Below are positions 1 to 9,475 of a DNA stretch of 61,712 bases, in pieces. The position numbers and the translations under genes are program-made. The notes beneath the pieces were generated by a model, which saw only the letters and a program-made list of their open reading frames with translations, was not told the DNA's origin and ran no database searches. The stretch comes from an uncultured Thermus sp. (GTDB taxonomy: Bacteria; Deinococcota; Deinococci; Deinococcales; Thermaceae), in the NCBI GenBank assembly GCA_947085095.1, contig CAMTVD010000008.1, positions 1-61,712 on the forward strand. Reading direction: 5' to 3'. Positions within the stretch are counted from its first letter, which is position 1. Every line of letters starts with the position of its first letter.

Positions 1-139
<139 letters not shown>

Positions 140-178
140 AGTTCACCCCTTGCGTTCTCCCCTTTTCCAGATCCCTTG

Positions 179-206
179 GGGGCGCCTTCGGGCGCCCCTT
201 TTTTTT
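179..206 (+). terminator. Intrinsic terminator after 16S rRNA
   Basis: Stem GGGGCGCC, TTCG loop, GGCGCCCC, then 8 T. Confidence 0.92.
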
Positions 207-225
207 GGCTGGAAGCGAGGCGAGG

Positions 226-684
226 GTGCGCAGGAAGCGGCGGGTGCAGAGGGCCAAGAAACGGGTGGTTTCCGCTGGGGGCGTGGTCCTCAGGGGGGAC
301 CCCCCGGAGGTGTTGGTGGTCTCCCTGAAGGGGGGGCGGGTGGTGACCCTGCCCAAGGGCCAGGTGGAGTCGGGGGAGCGCTACGCAGAGACGGCGGTGC
401 GCGAGGTGCGGGAGGAAACGGGGGTGGAGGCCGCGGTGGTGGCCCCCTTGGGGAAGGTGCGGTACTACTTTACGGTCAAGGATGGGGGCGAATCCGTGAC
501 GGTGAGCAAAGAGGTGCATTATTTTCTCATGGCCTACCGGGGAGGGGAGCCCAAGCCCCAGCTTTCTGAAGTGGAGTCCGCCTATTTTCTCAAGGTGGCC
601 GAGGCCCTGGAGCGCCTTTCCTATCCCAACGAGCGGGAGATGCTAAGAAAGGCCCTCCTGCGTTTCCGGCCTAAGCAGGGCTAG
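226..684 (+). CDS. Nudix hydrolase
   Basis: Nudix box GQVESGERYAETAVREVREETGV. Start placed at GTG 226 (244 possible) because the longer ORF overlaps the rRNA and terminator. Confidence 0.88.
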   Translation: MRRKRRVQRAKKRVVSAGGVVLRGDPPEVLVVSLKGGRVVTLPKGQVESGERYAETAVREVREETGVEAAVVAPLGKVRYYFTVKDGGESVTVSKEVHYFLMAYRGGEPKPQLSEVESAYFLKVAEALERLSYPNEREMLRKALLRFRPKQG

Positions 685-1599
685 GGCGGCCTCCTCGGGG
701 GAGAGTTCTCCCTTGGCTACCCGGGCCACCAGGGCCTCGGCGCTTTGGGTTTTCTGGCGCCCCCACTCCTGGATGACGCTTTCCACCTCAAAGCGGGCCC
801 TTTCTAGGCGGTGGGCTTCCAGAATCCCGTGCTCCGTCAGGTGGCGGTGGTGGGCCTCGAGGCCCTCAAAAAGGGCCTCCACTCCCTCTCCCGTAGCGGC
901 CACCGTGGGGTAGATGGGGGGGCGCCAGCCCCCAGGCCGGGGAGGGGAGAGCTCCAAAGCCCCCTTGAGCTCCTGGATGAGGCGCTCCCCTCCAGGGAGG
1001 TCAAACTTGTTCACGGCGAGCACGTCGGCGATCTCCATGACCCCCGCCTTGAAGGCCTGGACCGCGTCCCCCGCCGCCGGGGTGAGGACCAGGAGGGTGG
1101 TGTCCGCTACCCGGGCGATGTCCACCTCGCTCTGGCCCACTCCCACGGTCTCCACGAAGATGCGGTCAAAGCCGAAGGCTTCCAGCAGGTTCAAGGCGGC
1201 CACCGTGGCCCCGGCAAGCCCCCCCAGGGCCCCCCTCGAGGCCAGGGAGCGGATGTAGACCCCGGGGTCTTGGTGGTGGCGCATCATGCGGATCCGGTCT
1301 CCCAGGATCGCCCCCCCGGTGAAGGGGCTGGAGGGGTCCACAGCCAGGACCCCCACCCGCTCCCCCCGCTTGCGGGCCTCCAGGATCAGGCGGTCGGTGA
1401 GGGTGCTCTTCCCCGCTCCCGGGCTTCCCGTGACCCCCACCACCTTGGCCTTCCCTTGGCCCCGCAGGCGCTTCAGGAGGGCCTGGCCCAGGGGGTGGCC
1501 GGACTCCGCCAGGGTGAGGGCCCGGGCCAGGGCGCGCACATCCCCCTGGCGGAAGCGCTCCTCTAGCTCGTGAAGTTGGGCCTCTTTTGCCTCGGTCAT
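643..1599 (-). CDS. meaB: Methylmalonyl-CoA mutase-associated GTPase MeaB/ArgK
   Basis: GSPGAGKST, AVDPSSPFTGGAILGDRIRM, ETVGVGQSE, NKFD. Confidence 0.93.
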   Translation of the reverse strand: MTEAKEAQLHELEERFRQGDVRALARALTLAESGHPLGQALLKRLRGQGKAKVVGVTGSPGAGKSTLTDRLILEARKRGERVGVLAVDPSSPFTGGAILGDRIRMMRHHQDPGVYIRSLASRGALGGLAGATVAALNLLEAFGFDRIFVETVGVGQSEVDIARVADTTLLVLTPAAGDAVQAFKAGVMEIADVLAVNKFDLPGGERLIQELKGALELSPPRPGGWRPPIYPTVAATGEGVEALFEGLEAHHRHLTEHGILEAHRLERARFEVESVIQEWGRQKTQSAEALVARVAKGELSPEEAALALLRPETQEGLS

Positions 1600-1631
1600 G
1601 CTGGCATTCTACGTTTTTTCGCAGAGGCGCG

Positions 1632-2006
1632 TTATTCCGCCAGGGCGATGCAGGCCACCTCCACCCGCACCCCCCGGGGGAGGGCCTTCACGGCCACCGT
1701 GGCCCGCGCCGGGTAGGGAGGGGCGAAGTAGCGGGCGTAGACCTCGTTGAAACCAGGGAAGTCCTCCATGTCCGCCAAAAAGCAGGTGGTCTGCACCACC
1801 TGAGCGAGCCCCGAGCCCGCGGCCTCTAGGATGGCCTTCAGGTTTTCCATGACCCGCTCTGTCTGGGCGCGGATATCCCCTTCCACCAGGGTGCCTTCGG
1901 GGGTCAGGGGGATCTGGCCGGAGACGAAGACGAAGCCCATGGCCCTGACCGCCTGGGTGTAGGGGCCGATGGCCGCAGGGGCCTTTTCCGTGCGGACGGC
2001 TTCCAT
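1632..2006 (-). CDS. ridA: RidA/YjgF family enamine deaminase
   Basis: APAAIGPYTQA, SGQIP, YPARATV, LPRGVRVEV. Confidence 0.93.
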   Translation of the reverse strand: MEAVRTEKAPAAIGPYTQAVRAMGFVFVSGQIPLTPEGTLVEGDIRAQTERVMENLKAILEAAGSGLAQVVQTTCFLADMEDFPGFNEVYARYFAPPYPARATVAVKALPRGVRVEVACIALAE

Positions 2007-2010
2007 GGCC

Positions 2011-3828
2011 TTATCCTACGCCAAAGCGGAAGAGCTTTCCCGAGAGGCTCACCACCCACACCTCCTGGGGCAGGGGCAGGGGGGGCACCTGCACCGCCCC
2101 CAGGCCCGAGGCCTCAAAGACCACCTGCCCCCTCCGGTCCACGGCCAGGAAGCGCCCCTCCTCGGTGGCCAGGAAGACGTGCCCGCTGGCGTAGCTGAGG
2201 CCCGCCGTCACCTTGCCCACCTCGAGGCTCCACACCTCCTCCCCCGTCCTTTGCTCCAGGGCCCGGAGGACCCCGTCCCAGGCGGCCACGTAGACCCTTT
2301 CCTCGTCCAGGGCCAGGCCGCCCCAGATCTCCCCCTCCAGCTCCACGTTCCAGAGGGTCTCCCGGGTCAAGGGGTCAAAGGCGTAGACCTCCCCCTCCCA
2401 GGTGGGGATGAAGAGCAGGCCCCCATAGGCGGCCACGGGAGCGTGGATGGGCCCGGTCCTGACCTTGTAGCGCAGCGCCCCGTTCCCTGGGTCCAGGGCG
2501 TAGAGCCAGCCGTCTTCCGCCCCCACGAAGAGGAGGCCCCGGTAAAAGGTGGGGCTGGCGGAAAGGTGCCCCCCTGCGGGGAAGCGGAAGAGGGGCTCAT
2601 CCTTTTCGTAGGCGTAGAGGGTCCCGTCCCGGCTGGCCACGTAAACCCTAGGGCCCAGGACCAGGGGGGCGGCGGTGACCTCGGCCCCGGTTTCCCCGCT
2701 CCACTCCAGGACCCGCCCCCGGAAGCGGCGCACCTTGCCGTCCCAAGAGCCCACGTACACCCCGCCGCGGGCCACAGGGGGCGAGGAAACCTCCTCGGGA
2801 AGGGCCTCGAGGCGCACCTCCCCCGTGAAGGGGTTCACCTCCGCCAGGTTCCGCCCCACCCCCAGGTAGACCCGCCCCCCGGCGTAGACCATCTCCCCCG
2901 GCCAGGCCGCCTCCCCTCCCAGGTCCAGCTTGGCCTTGAGGCCCAGGCGGTGGGGGTCAGGGGCCAGGGGGTAGTGGCCCGAGCGGCTGGCCCCCGCCCG
3001 GGGGGTGGCCAGGCGCAGGGCCTGGAGGTCCTGGAGGGGCCCCCGGAAGAGGGTGGGATGGGTGGGGCGCTCCTCGGGATGCTTGGCCAGGAGGCCTAGG
3101 ACCGCCTCGCTCACCCCCCTGGGTATGGCGGGGTTGAGGGCCTCCGGGGGCTTGGGCTCCTCGTAGACGTGCTGGAAGAGGATGGCTTGATCGTTCTCCC
3201 CCTCAAAGGGGGGCTTGCCGGTCAGGGTGCGGTAGAGGACGGCCCCGAAGCTGTAGAGGTCGGCCTTGGGGGAAAGGGGCAGGCCCTTGGCCTGCTCGGG
3301 GGCCATGTACAGGGGGGTGCCCAGGGTGTAGCCGGTGCGGGTGAGGTGGCGGCTTTCCTGCAGGAGGTAGGCCAGGCCGAAGTCCATGACCTTGGGGTAG
3401 CCCTCCTTGGTGAGGAGGATGTTCTTGGGGGTGAGGTCCCGGTGGAGGATGCCCTGGGCGTGGAGGTGGGCCAGGGCCTCCATGACCTGGGTTGCTGCCG
3501 TCAGGATGCGCTCGCCCTCCGGGCCCTCCTCAAAGGGGCCCAGGGCATCAAAGGTCCCCCCCTCCACCAGCTCCATGACGAAGTAGGGCCGCCCCTCCTC
3601 CTCCCCCAGGTCCAGCACCTGGACGATGCCCGGATGGAAGAGGCGGGAGAGGGCCCTGACCTCCAGGAAGAACCGCTCCCTCTCCGGGGGGAGGGCCCGG
3701 GGGTGGAGGAGCTTGACCGCCACCTTGCGCCCCAGGCGTTCGTCCACCGCCCGAAAGACCTCGGCCATCCCCCCTTCGCCCAAGGGGGCCTCGAGGCGGT
3801 ACCGTCCGCCCAGGACCACGCCCGCCAT
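2011..3828 (-). CDS. Hanks-type Ser/Thr kinase with C-terminal PQQ beta-propeller repeats
   Basis: GEGGMAEV, VAVK, HRD, DFG, GTPLYMAPE, then repeated DG.LYA.D..TG...W units. Confidence 0.93.
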   Translation of the reverse strand: MAGVVLGGRYRLEAPLGEGGMAEVFRAVDERLGRKVAVKLLHPRALPPERERFFLEVRALSRLFHPGIVQVLDLGEEEGRPYFVMELVEGGTFDALGPFEEGPEGERILTAATQVMEALAHLHAQGILHRDLTPKNILLTKEGYPKVMDFGLAYLLQESRHLTRTGYTLGTPLYMAPEQAKGLPLSPKADLYSFGAVLYRTLTGKPPFEGENDQAILFQHVYEEPKPPEALNPAIPRGVSEAVLGLLAKHPEERPTHPTLFRGPLQDLQALRLATPRAGASRSGHYPLAPDPHRLGLKAKLDLGGEAAWPGEMVYAGGRVYLGVGRNLAEVNPFTGEVRLEALPEEVSSPPVARGGVYVGSWDGKVRRFRGRVLEWSGETGAEVTAAPLVLGPRVYVASRDGTLYAYEKDEPLFRFPAGGHLSASPTFYRGLLFVGAEDGWLYALDPGNGALRYKVRTGPIHAPVAAYGGLLFIPTWEGEVYAFDPLTRETLWNVELEGEIWGGLALDEERVYVAAWDGVLRALEQRTGEEVWSLEVGKVTAGLSYASGHVFLATEEGRFLAVDRRGQVVFEASGLGAVQVPPLPLPQEVWVVSLSGKLFRFGVG

Positions 3829-3829
3829 T

Positions 3830-4045
3830 TTATTCTTCCTCAGGCTCCAGGCGCTTTAGGAGCTCGGTCAGTTCCTCTTTGTTGCCCTCTAGCTCCTGCA
3901 CGATCTTGGCGATGGCCAGGCGCACCACCTCGGATTTGGACACCAGGCGCTCCGGGCTGGAAAGGGCGTAGGCGGCCCGGGTGAGGAGGGCGTCCTGCTC
4001 CTCGGAGATCACCACCTGTAGCCGCTTTTTTTCCTTTTTCGCCAT
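3830..4045 (-). CDS. Small ribbon-helix-helix-like regulator (71 aa)
   Basis: ATG 4045 with AAGGAG RBS. KRLQVVISEEQ strand/helix and SKSEVVRLAI second helix fit the RHH pattern. Confidence 0.8.
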   Translation of the reverse strand: MAKKEKKRLQVVISEEQDALLTRAAYALSSPERLVSKSEVVRLAIAKIVQELEGNKEELTELLKRLEPEEE

Positions 4046-4084
4046 ACCGCTCCTTGGGGCTAAGTGTACAAAAGACGCATCGGC

Positions 4085-4113
4085 TTGACAATGCGCTTCT
4101 GGGGTTCTATCCT
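4085..4113 (+). promoter_or_regulatory. Sigma70-type promoter of murA
   Basis: TTGACA-17 nt-TATCCT. Confidence 0.75.
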
Positions 4114-4132
4114 CACCTTGAGTAAGGTGTGT

Positions 4133-5434
4133 ATGATGCACACAGATCCGGGGAGGGGCACCAGCAGGATTCTGCGCGTGGAGGGGGGCCTTCCCCTGTC
4201 CGGGGAGCTCCGGGTTTACCCCGCCAAGAACGCCGCCCTGCCCATCCTGGCGGCGAGCCTCCTCACCCCTGAGCCCATCACCCTTCTGGAGGTGCCCAGG
4301 CTCAGGGACGTGGAGGTGATGCTCCAACTCCTCGCCCACCTGGGCACCCGCTACGCCTGGGAGGGGCGCACCCTTCACCTCCATACCCCGGAGATCCGGA
4401 ACACCGAGGCTCCCTTTGAGCTGGTGGGGCAGATGCGGGCCAGCTTCATCGTCTGGGGGGCGCTGCTGGCCCGGGTGGGGGAGGGGACCATCCACATGCC
4501 CGGGGGATGCGCCTTCGGGGCCCGGCCCGTGGACCAGCACATCAAGGCTTTGAGGGCTCTGGGGGCTGAGGTGGAGGAGAGGGGGGATGGGGCCTTCCAC
4601 GCCCGCCGGGTCCGCCCCCTCTCGGGGCGGGTGGTCTTTGACCTGCCCACGGTGGGGGGCACGGAGCAGGCCATGCTGGCCGTGGCCCTGGGGGGTGAGG
4701 CCACCTTGGTCCAGGCGGCCATGGAGCCGGAGATTGAGGACCTGGGCCATTTCCTCGGCATGCTGGGGGTGGAGGTCCGGGGCCTGGGGAGCGCCATCCT
4801 GCACGTGAAGGGGGCGGAGCGCCTCAAGGGGGGAAGCTACCGCATCATCCCCGACCGCATTGAGGCGGGCACCTACCTCCTGGCGGCGGCGGCCACCCGC
4901 GGGGCCATCACCCTTACCCATGTCCGCCCTGACCACGTGGATGCCCTTCTGGACAAGCTTGGCCAGGCGGGGCACCGGGTGGAGACGGGGAGGGACTGGG
5001 TGCGCCTCACTGCCACCCCCCATCCCGAGCCCTTCCACGTGGAGGCCCGGGAGTACCCCGGCTTTCCCACCGATCTCCAGCCCATCGTCACCGCCTATTT
5101 GGCCACGGTGCCCGGGCAGAGCGCCGTTACGGACCGCGTCTACCCCGACCGCTTCACCCACGTGGGGGAGCTGGCCCGCATGGGGGCCGAGCTCTACCTC
5201 CGGGACCGCACCCTCTTGGTGAACGGCAGGCGCCTGCACGGGGCCCAGGTGAAGGCCCTGGACATCCGGGCTGGGGGCGGGTTGGTGGTGGCGGCCCTGG
5301 CGGCGGAGGGGGCTTCGGAGATTGAGGGGGTTTACTTCCTGGAGCGGGGGTATGAGGACCTCGAGGCCCGCCTCCAGGCCCTGGGGGCGAGCGTGAGGCT
5401 GGAGGAGGCCCCCTTGGCCGTGGCGGCGGACTGA
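4133..5434 (+). CDS. murA: UDP-N-acetylglucosamine 1-carboxyvinyltransferase
   Basis: KNAALP, MRAS, PGGCAFGARPVDQH, PDRIEAGT, PGFPTD. Start moved downstream of the promoter. Confidence 0.96.
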   Translation: MMHTDPGRGTSRILRVEGGLPLSGELRVYPAKNAALPILAASLLTPEPITLLEVPRLRDVEVMLQLLAHLGTRYAWEGRTLHLHTPEIRNTEAPFELVGQMRASFIVWGALLARVGEGTIHMPGGCAFGARPVDQHIKALRALGAEVEERGDGAFHARRVRPLSGRVVFDLPTVGGTEQAMLAVALGGEATLVQAAMEPEIEDLGHFLGMLGVEVRGLGSAILHVKGAERLKGGSYRIIPDRIEAGTYLLAAAATRGAITLTHVRPDHVDALLDKLGQAGHRVETGRDWVRLTATPHPEPFHVEAREYPGFPTDLQPIVTAYLATVPGQSAVTDRVYPDRFTHVGELARMGAELYLRDRTLLVNGRRLHGAQVKALDIRAGGGLVVAALAAEGASEIEGVYFLERGYEDLEARLQALGASVRLEEAPLAVAAD

Positions 5435-5571
5435 GTGTCCATGCTGAAGCTGGGCAACATCAAGGCCTGATCTGGGGCATTTCCCCCTTCCCTTCGCCAC
5501 CCCGCCAAAGTGGGTGCATCCTACCCCCCACTTCTCCCCCCGCTAGCGGGACAAGGCCCAGGCCCGGCCAC

Positions 5572-6012
5572 TTAAAGCTGCAGCGCCTCGGGAAAGCGGA
5601 AGAAGAGGCGGTCCCGCACCAGCTCGGGGCTGTACCCCTTTTCCACGTAGCCTGCCCCCCTTAGGGCCTCCAGGACCTCCATGGCCACCTGCCGGTCCCC
5701 CCCCAGCCTGGCGGTGAGGAAGACCAGGGCCTCCTCCTCCTCGTCCCCTTCCCCCACGAACTCGGGGTACTCCTGGTCCAGGGCCCGCATCAGGGCCTTC
5801 AGGTCCACGGGGCGGCTGGTGAAGGCGAAGCGGGGGCTCTCCCCGGGCAGGAAGTGGGCGTACCCCTGGGCCTCGAGGGCCCGGGCCAGCTCCACGGCCT
5901 CCTGGTGGGTGTGGCCCCTCTGTTGCAACAGGGTCACCAGGGCATCGCGTTCCCCTTTCAGGCCGTTGGGGTGCTCCTCCCGTAGGCTGTTGGCCAGCTT
6001 CTCCAGTTCCAT
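5572..6012 (-). CDS. Hypothetical protein with two similar helical halves
   Basis: Thermus-like codon usage. TTGCGC-17-TATGAT promoter ends 9 nt before ATG 6012. Confidence 0.75.
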   Translation of the reverse strand: MELEKLANSLREEHPNGLKGERDALVTLLQQRGHTHQEAVELARALEAQGYAHFLPGESPRFAFTSRPVDLKALMRALDQEYPEFVGEGDEEEEALVFLTARLGGDRQVAMEVLEALRGAGYVEKGYSPELVRDRLFFRFPEALQL

Positions 6013-6094
6013 ATTATCTTTATCATACAACCTGAGCGTAAGGGGCGCAAGGGTGCTTGTGCCGGGGAATGGACCCCCCTATACTGGGAAGGGT

Positions 6095-7193
6095 ATGGAC
6101 CTGGAGCTTCTGAACGAACGCCTGGCCAGCCTCCGGGGGTATCTTTGACATCCCCGGCAAGGAGGCCCGCCTAAAGGAACTGGAAAAGCGGTTGGAAGAC
6201 CCCGCCTTCTGGCAGAACCCGGGGGAGGCCCGCCAAATAAGCCAGGAGGCGGCCCGCCTGAGGCACACCGTGGAGACCTTCCGCTCCCTGGAGAGCGACC
6301 TCCAGGGCCTTCTGGAGCTTTGGGAGGAGCTTCCCGCCGAGGAGCGGGAGGTCTTGAAGCCCGAGCTGGAGGAGGCGGCCAGCAAGCTGGAGGCGCTTTA
6401 CCACGAGACCCTCCTTTCCTTCCCCCACGCGGAGAAGAACGCCATCCTCACCATCCAGCCCGGGGCCGGGGGCACCGAGGCCTGCGACTGGGCGGAGATG
6501 CTCTTAAGAATGTACACCCGCTTCGCCGAGCGGCAGGGCTTCGGGGTGGAGGTGGTGGACCTCAAGCCCGGTCCCGAGGCGGGCATAGACTACGCCCAGA
6601 TCCTGGTCAAAGGGGAGAACGCCTACGGCCTCCTCGTTCCCGAGGCCGGGGTCCACCGCCTGGTGCGGCCTTCCCCCTTTGACGCCTCCGGCCGCCGCCA
6701 CACCTCCTTCGCCGGGGTGGAGGTCATGCCCGAGGTGGACGAGACCGTGGAGGTGGTCATCCGCCCCGAGGACCTGCGCATAGACGTCTTCCGCTCCCAG
6801 GGGCACGGGGGGCAAGGGGTCAACACCACGGACAGCGCCGTGCGCATCGTCCACCTGCCCACGGGGATCACCGTCACCTGCCAGACCACCAGGAGCCAGA
6901 TCAAGAACAAGGAGCTGGCCATGAAGGTCCTCCGCTCCCGGCTTTTTGAGCTGGAGTGGAAGAAGAAGCAGGAGGAGCTTCAGAGGCTCCGGGGCGAGGT
7001 GCGGCCCATTGAGTGGGGAAGCCAGATCCGGAGCTACGTCCTGGACAAGCAGTACGTGAAGGACCACCGCACGGGCCTCATGCGCTTTGACCCCCAGAAC
7101 GTCCTGGACGGGGACCTCCTGGACTTCATCTGGGCGGGCCTGGAGTGGAAGGCGGGCCGCCGGCAAGCGGCGGAGGAGGTGGAGGCCGAGTAG
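6095..7193 (+). CDS. prfB: Peptide chain release factor 2 (programmed +1 frameshift at 6143-6149)
   Basis: 17-codon ORF ending CTT TGA C after GGGGG. The +1 frame carries SPF and GGQ. Confidence 0.97.
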
Positions 7194-7194
7194 C

Positions 7195-7557
7195 CTACTG
7201 GCCCAAGGCCTTGCGCAGAAGCTCCCGCACCCGGGATTCCTCGGCGGGGGTGAGCTGGGTGAGGGCGAAGGCCACGGGCCAGAGGTTCCCCTGGTCCAGG
7301 CGGGCCTGGTCGCTAAAGCCCAGGGTGGCGTAGCGGGTCTTGAACTTTTGGGCGGGCTGGAAGAAGCAGAGGACCTTGCCCTGGTGGGCGTAGGCGGGCA
7401 TCCCGTACCACAGCCTCGGGGTGAGTCCTGGGGCCTCAGCCCGGATCAGGGCGTGTAGCCCCAGGAACAGGGAGCGGTCGGGCTCGGGCCAGCCCTCCGC
7501 CTGGGCCAGAACCGCCTCCTCCTGGCCCTTTTCCGGGGCGACCTTGGCCCGCCTCAT
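7195..7557 (-). CDS. DUF1801 (YdhG-like) protein
   Basis: PRLWYGMPAYA..GKVLCFF, KFKTRYATLGF. ATG overlaps the phoU stop. Confidence 0.75.
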   Translation of the reverse strand: MRRAKVAPEKGQEEAVLAQAEGWPEPDRSLFLGLHALIRAEAPGLTPRLWYGMPAYAHQGKVLCFFQPAQKFKTRYATLGFSDQARLDQGNLWPVAFALTQLTPAEESRVRELLRKALGQ

Positions 7558-8219
7558 CAGTAGACGTCCTCGGGGGCCTTGTACACCTCCCCGGTGAGCC
7601 AGTAGATGACCCGCTCGGCGATGTTCTCCAGGTGGTCGCCCAGGCGCTCGTAGCTGCGGGCCACCCGCAGGAGGATCAGGGCCTTGGTGATGGTCCGGGG
7701 GTCCTCCATCATGTAGGTGAGGAGTTCCCGGCTGACCTCCTCGTAGAGGGCGTCCACCTGGTTGTCCATGACCAGGACCTGGCGGGCAAGTTCCGCATCC
7801 CGCTCCGCCACCGCCTTGCCCAGGACGTCCATCATCTCCAAAAGCCTGCGGCCCATCTCGGGCAGGGTGACGTAGCGCTTCAGGGGGGGGTCCTGGGCGA
7901 GGATGAAGGCGTCCTCGGCCACGTGCATGGCGTAGTCCCCGGCGCGCTCCAGGTCGGTGAGGGCCTTGATGATGGTGAAGATGAGCCTGAGGTCCGAAGC
8001 CACGGGCTGGTGCCGGGCGATGAGGGCGATGGCCTCGTTCTCAATCTTGAGTTCCAGGGCGTCCACCTCTTTGTCCTTGACGATCACCCCTTCGGCCTTG
8101 GCTCGGTTGCCTTCCACCAGGGCCTCCGTGGCCTCCTGGGTCATCTCCCGCACGATGGAGAGCATCCGCAGGCTTTCTTCCACGAGCTGGTTCAGGGCCT
8201 TGTCCAGAGCTTCGCGCAT
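7557..8219 (-). CDS. phoU: Phosphate signalling protein PhoU
   Basis: QPVASDLR, DLERAGD, ERLGDH..NIAE. GGAGG RBS before ATG 8219. Confidence 0.95.
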   Translation of the reverse strand: MREALDKALNQLVEESLRMLSIVREMTQEATEALVEGNRAKAEGVIVKDKEVDALELKIENEAIALIARHQPVASDLRLIFTIIKALTDLERAGDYAMHVAEDAFILAQDPPLKRYVTLPEMGRRLLEMMDVLGKAVAERDAELARQVLVMDNQVDALYEEVSRELLTYMMEDPRTITKALILLRVARSYERLGDHLENIAERVIYWLTGEVYKAPEDVY

Positions 8220-8233
8220 ACGACCTCCCGCTT

Positions 8234-9475
8234 TCAGTCTAGGGGAAGGCTGACCCCAAAGACGTTCTCCTCGCCCTCGCGCTTGGCGTAGGCCTCCCCC
8301 CCCAGGGCTCTGGCCAGGCGGCGCACCAGGTAGAGGCCGAGCCCCTGGCCAAACCCCTCCTGGGTCCCCCGCCTTCCCGGGAGGAAGAGGTTTTCGTAGT
8401 CGGTGAGGGCCTCCCCCCGGTCCCGGACCTCCAGGTGGAGCCTTGAGCCCTCGGCGTGGGAAAGGACACGGATGGGGTCCTGGCCGTACTTGAGGGCGTT
8501 CTCCAGGAGGTTCAGGAGGATCTGGAAGAGGGCCTCGAGGTCGGTGATGAGGGTGTGGGGGAGCTGGACCTCCACCCTTCTCCCCTTCAGCCTCTCCCCC
8601 AGGAGCTTCTCCAGGCGGGTCCAGACCTCCTCCAGTTCCACGGGGCGCCTGGGGCCGGGCTGTATGGGGGAAAGGCCCTGCACCAGGCGGGAAAGCCGGG
8701 CCACCTCCGCCTTGAGGAGGTCCAGGACTTCCTTTTCCTGCTTGGTCCTGGGGGTGAGGGCCTCCAGCAGGGGCCCCATGCCGGAGAGGGGGGTGCGGAG
8801 CTCGTGGCCCACCTCGGCCAGGAAGGCCCGCTCCCGCTCCTTGGCCTCCCTGAGGGCCTTGAGAAGGGCGTTCACCGCTTCCACCATGCGGCCAAACTCG
8901 TCCTGGGAGAGGGAGAGGGGGATGGGGTCCAGGCGCTCCGGGCTCCTTCCGGCGATCTCCCGGGCGGCCCGTTCCAGGGGCCTGGTGGCCAGGCGGGCGG
9001 TGAGGTAGACGAGGAGGGTCCCCAAGGGGAAGAGGAGGAAGAAGGCCTGGAGGAGGGCCTGCCTTAGGGCTGATAGGGCCCTTTGGATGGGCTCGGCCTC
9101 GGCGGTGAGGGCGAGGAGGCCCAAGGGGGTGCGGACCGCGATCCAGGCGAAGCCCTCCGCCCAAAGGACCCTGGGGGTATCCCCCAGCGTTTTGAGGGCC
9201 TCCCTGGGGAGGCGGTGGTCCTCCCGGGTGAGGACCAGGGGCTCCCCCTCCCCTGTGTAGAGGTGGAGGTGGACCCCGCCGGTGGTGAGGAGGGTGCCCG
9301 CCTGGCCCTTCCGGTAGGCCTCCGCCGCCCTCTGGGCGTCCTGGAGGAGGGTGGCCTCGAGGTGGCCCCGGAGGGCGGCTTCCACCCCCCGCCCCGCCAG
9401 GTACAGGACCCCGCCCAGGAAGAGGAGCCAGAGGAGGCTGAAGGCCAGGAAAAGACGGGTGCGGAAGGGGAGCAC
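8234..9475 (-). CDS. Membrane sensor histidine kinase (2 TM, HAMP, HisKA, HATPase)
   Basis: HELRTPL H-box, NLLENALKY N-box, GQGLGL G2 box. Confidence 0.92.
   Translation of the reverse strand: MLPFRTRLFLAFSLLWLLFLGGVLYLAGRGVEAALRGHLEATLLQDAQRAAEAYRKGQAGTLLTTGGVHLHLYTGEGEPLVLTREDHRLPREALKTLGDTPRVLWAEGFAWIAVRTPLGLLALTAEAEPIQRALSALRQALLQAFFLLFPLGTLLVYLTARLATRPLERAAREIAGRSPERLDPIPLSLSQDEFGRMVEAVNALLKALREAKERERAFLAEVGHELRTPLSGMGPLLEALTPRTKQEKEVLDLLKAEVARLSRLVQGLSPIQPGPRRPVELEEVWTRLEKLLGERLKGRRVEVQLPHTLITDLEALFQILLNLLENALKYGQDPIRVLSHAEGSRLHLEVRDRGEALTDYENLFLPGRRGTQEGFGQGLGLYLVRRLARALGGEAYAKREGEENVFGVSLPLD

Noticed and set aside
5441..5470. Micro-ORF MLKLGNIKA after murA
   Set aside because: Nine codons with no clear RBS or recognisable homology, so it cannot be supported.
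3830..5500. 556-aa minus-strand ORF
   Set aside because: Only the last 71 codons (RHH) look real. The rest is antisense to murA.
7557..9164. 535-aa ORF suggesting an extended PhoU
   Set aside because: The extension is an alternative frame of the kinase. PhoU starts at 8219 with its own RBS.
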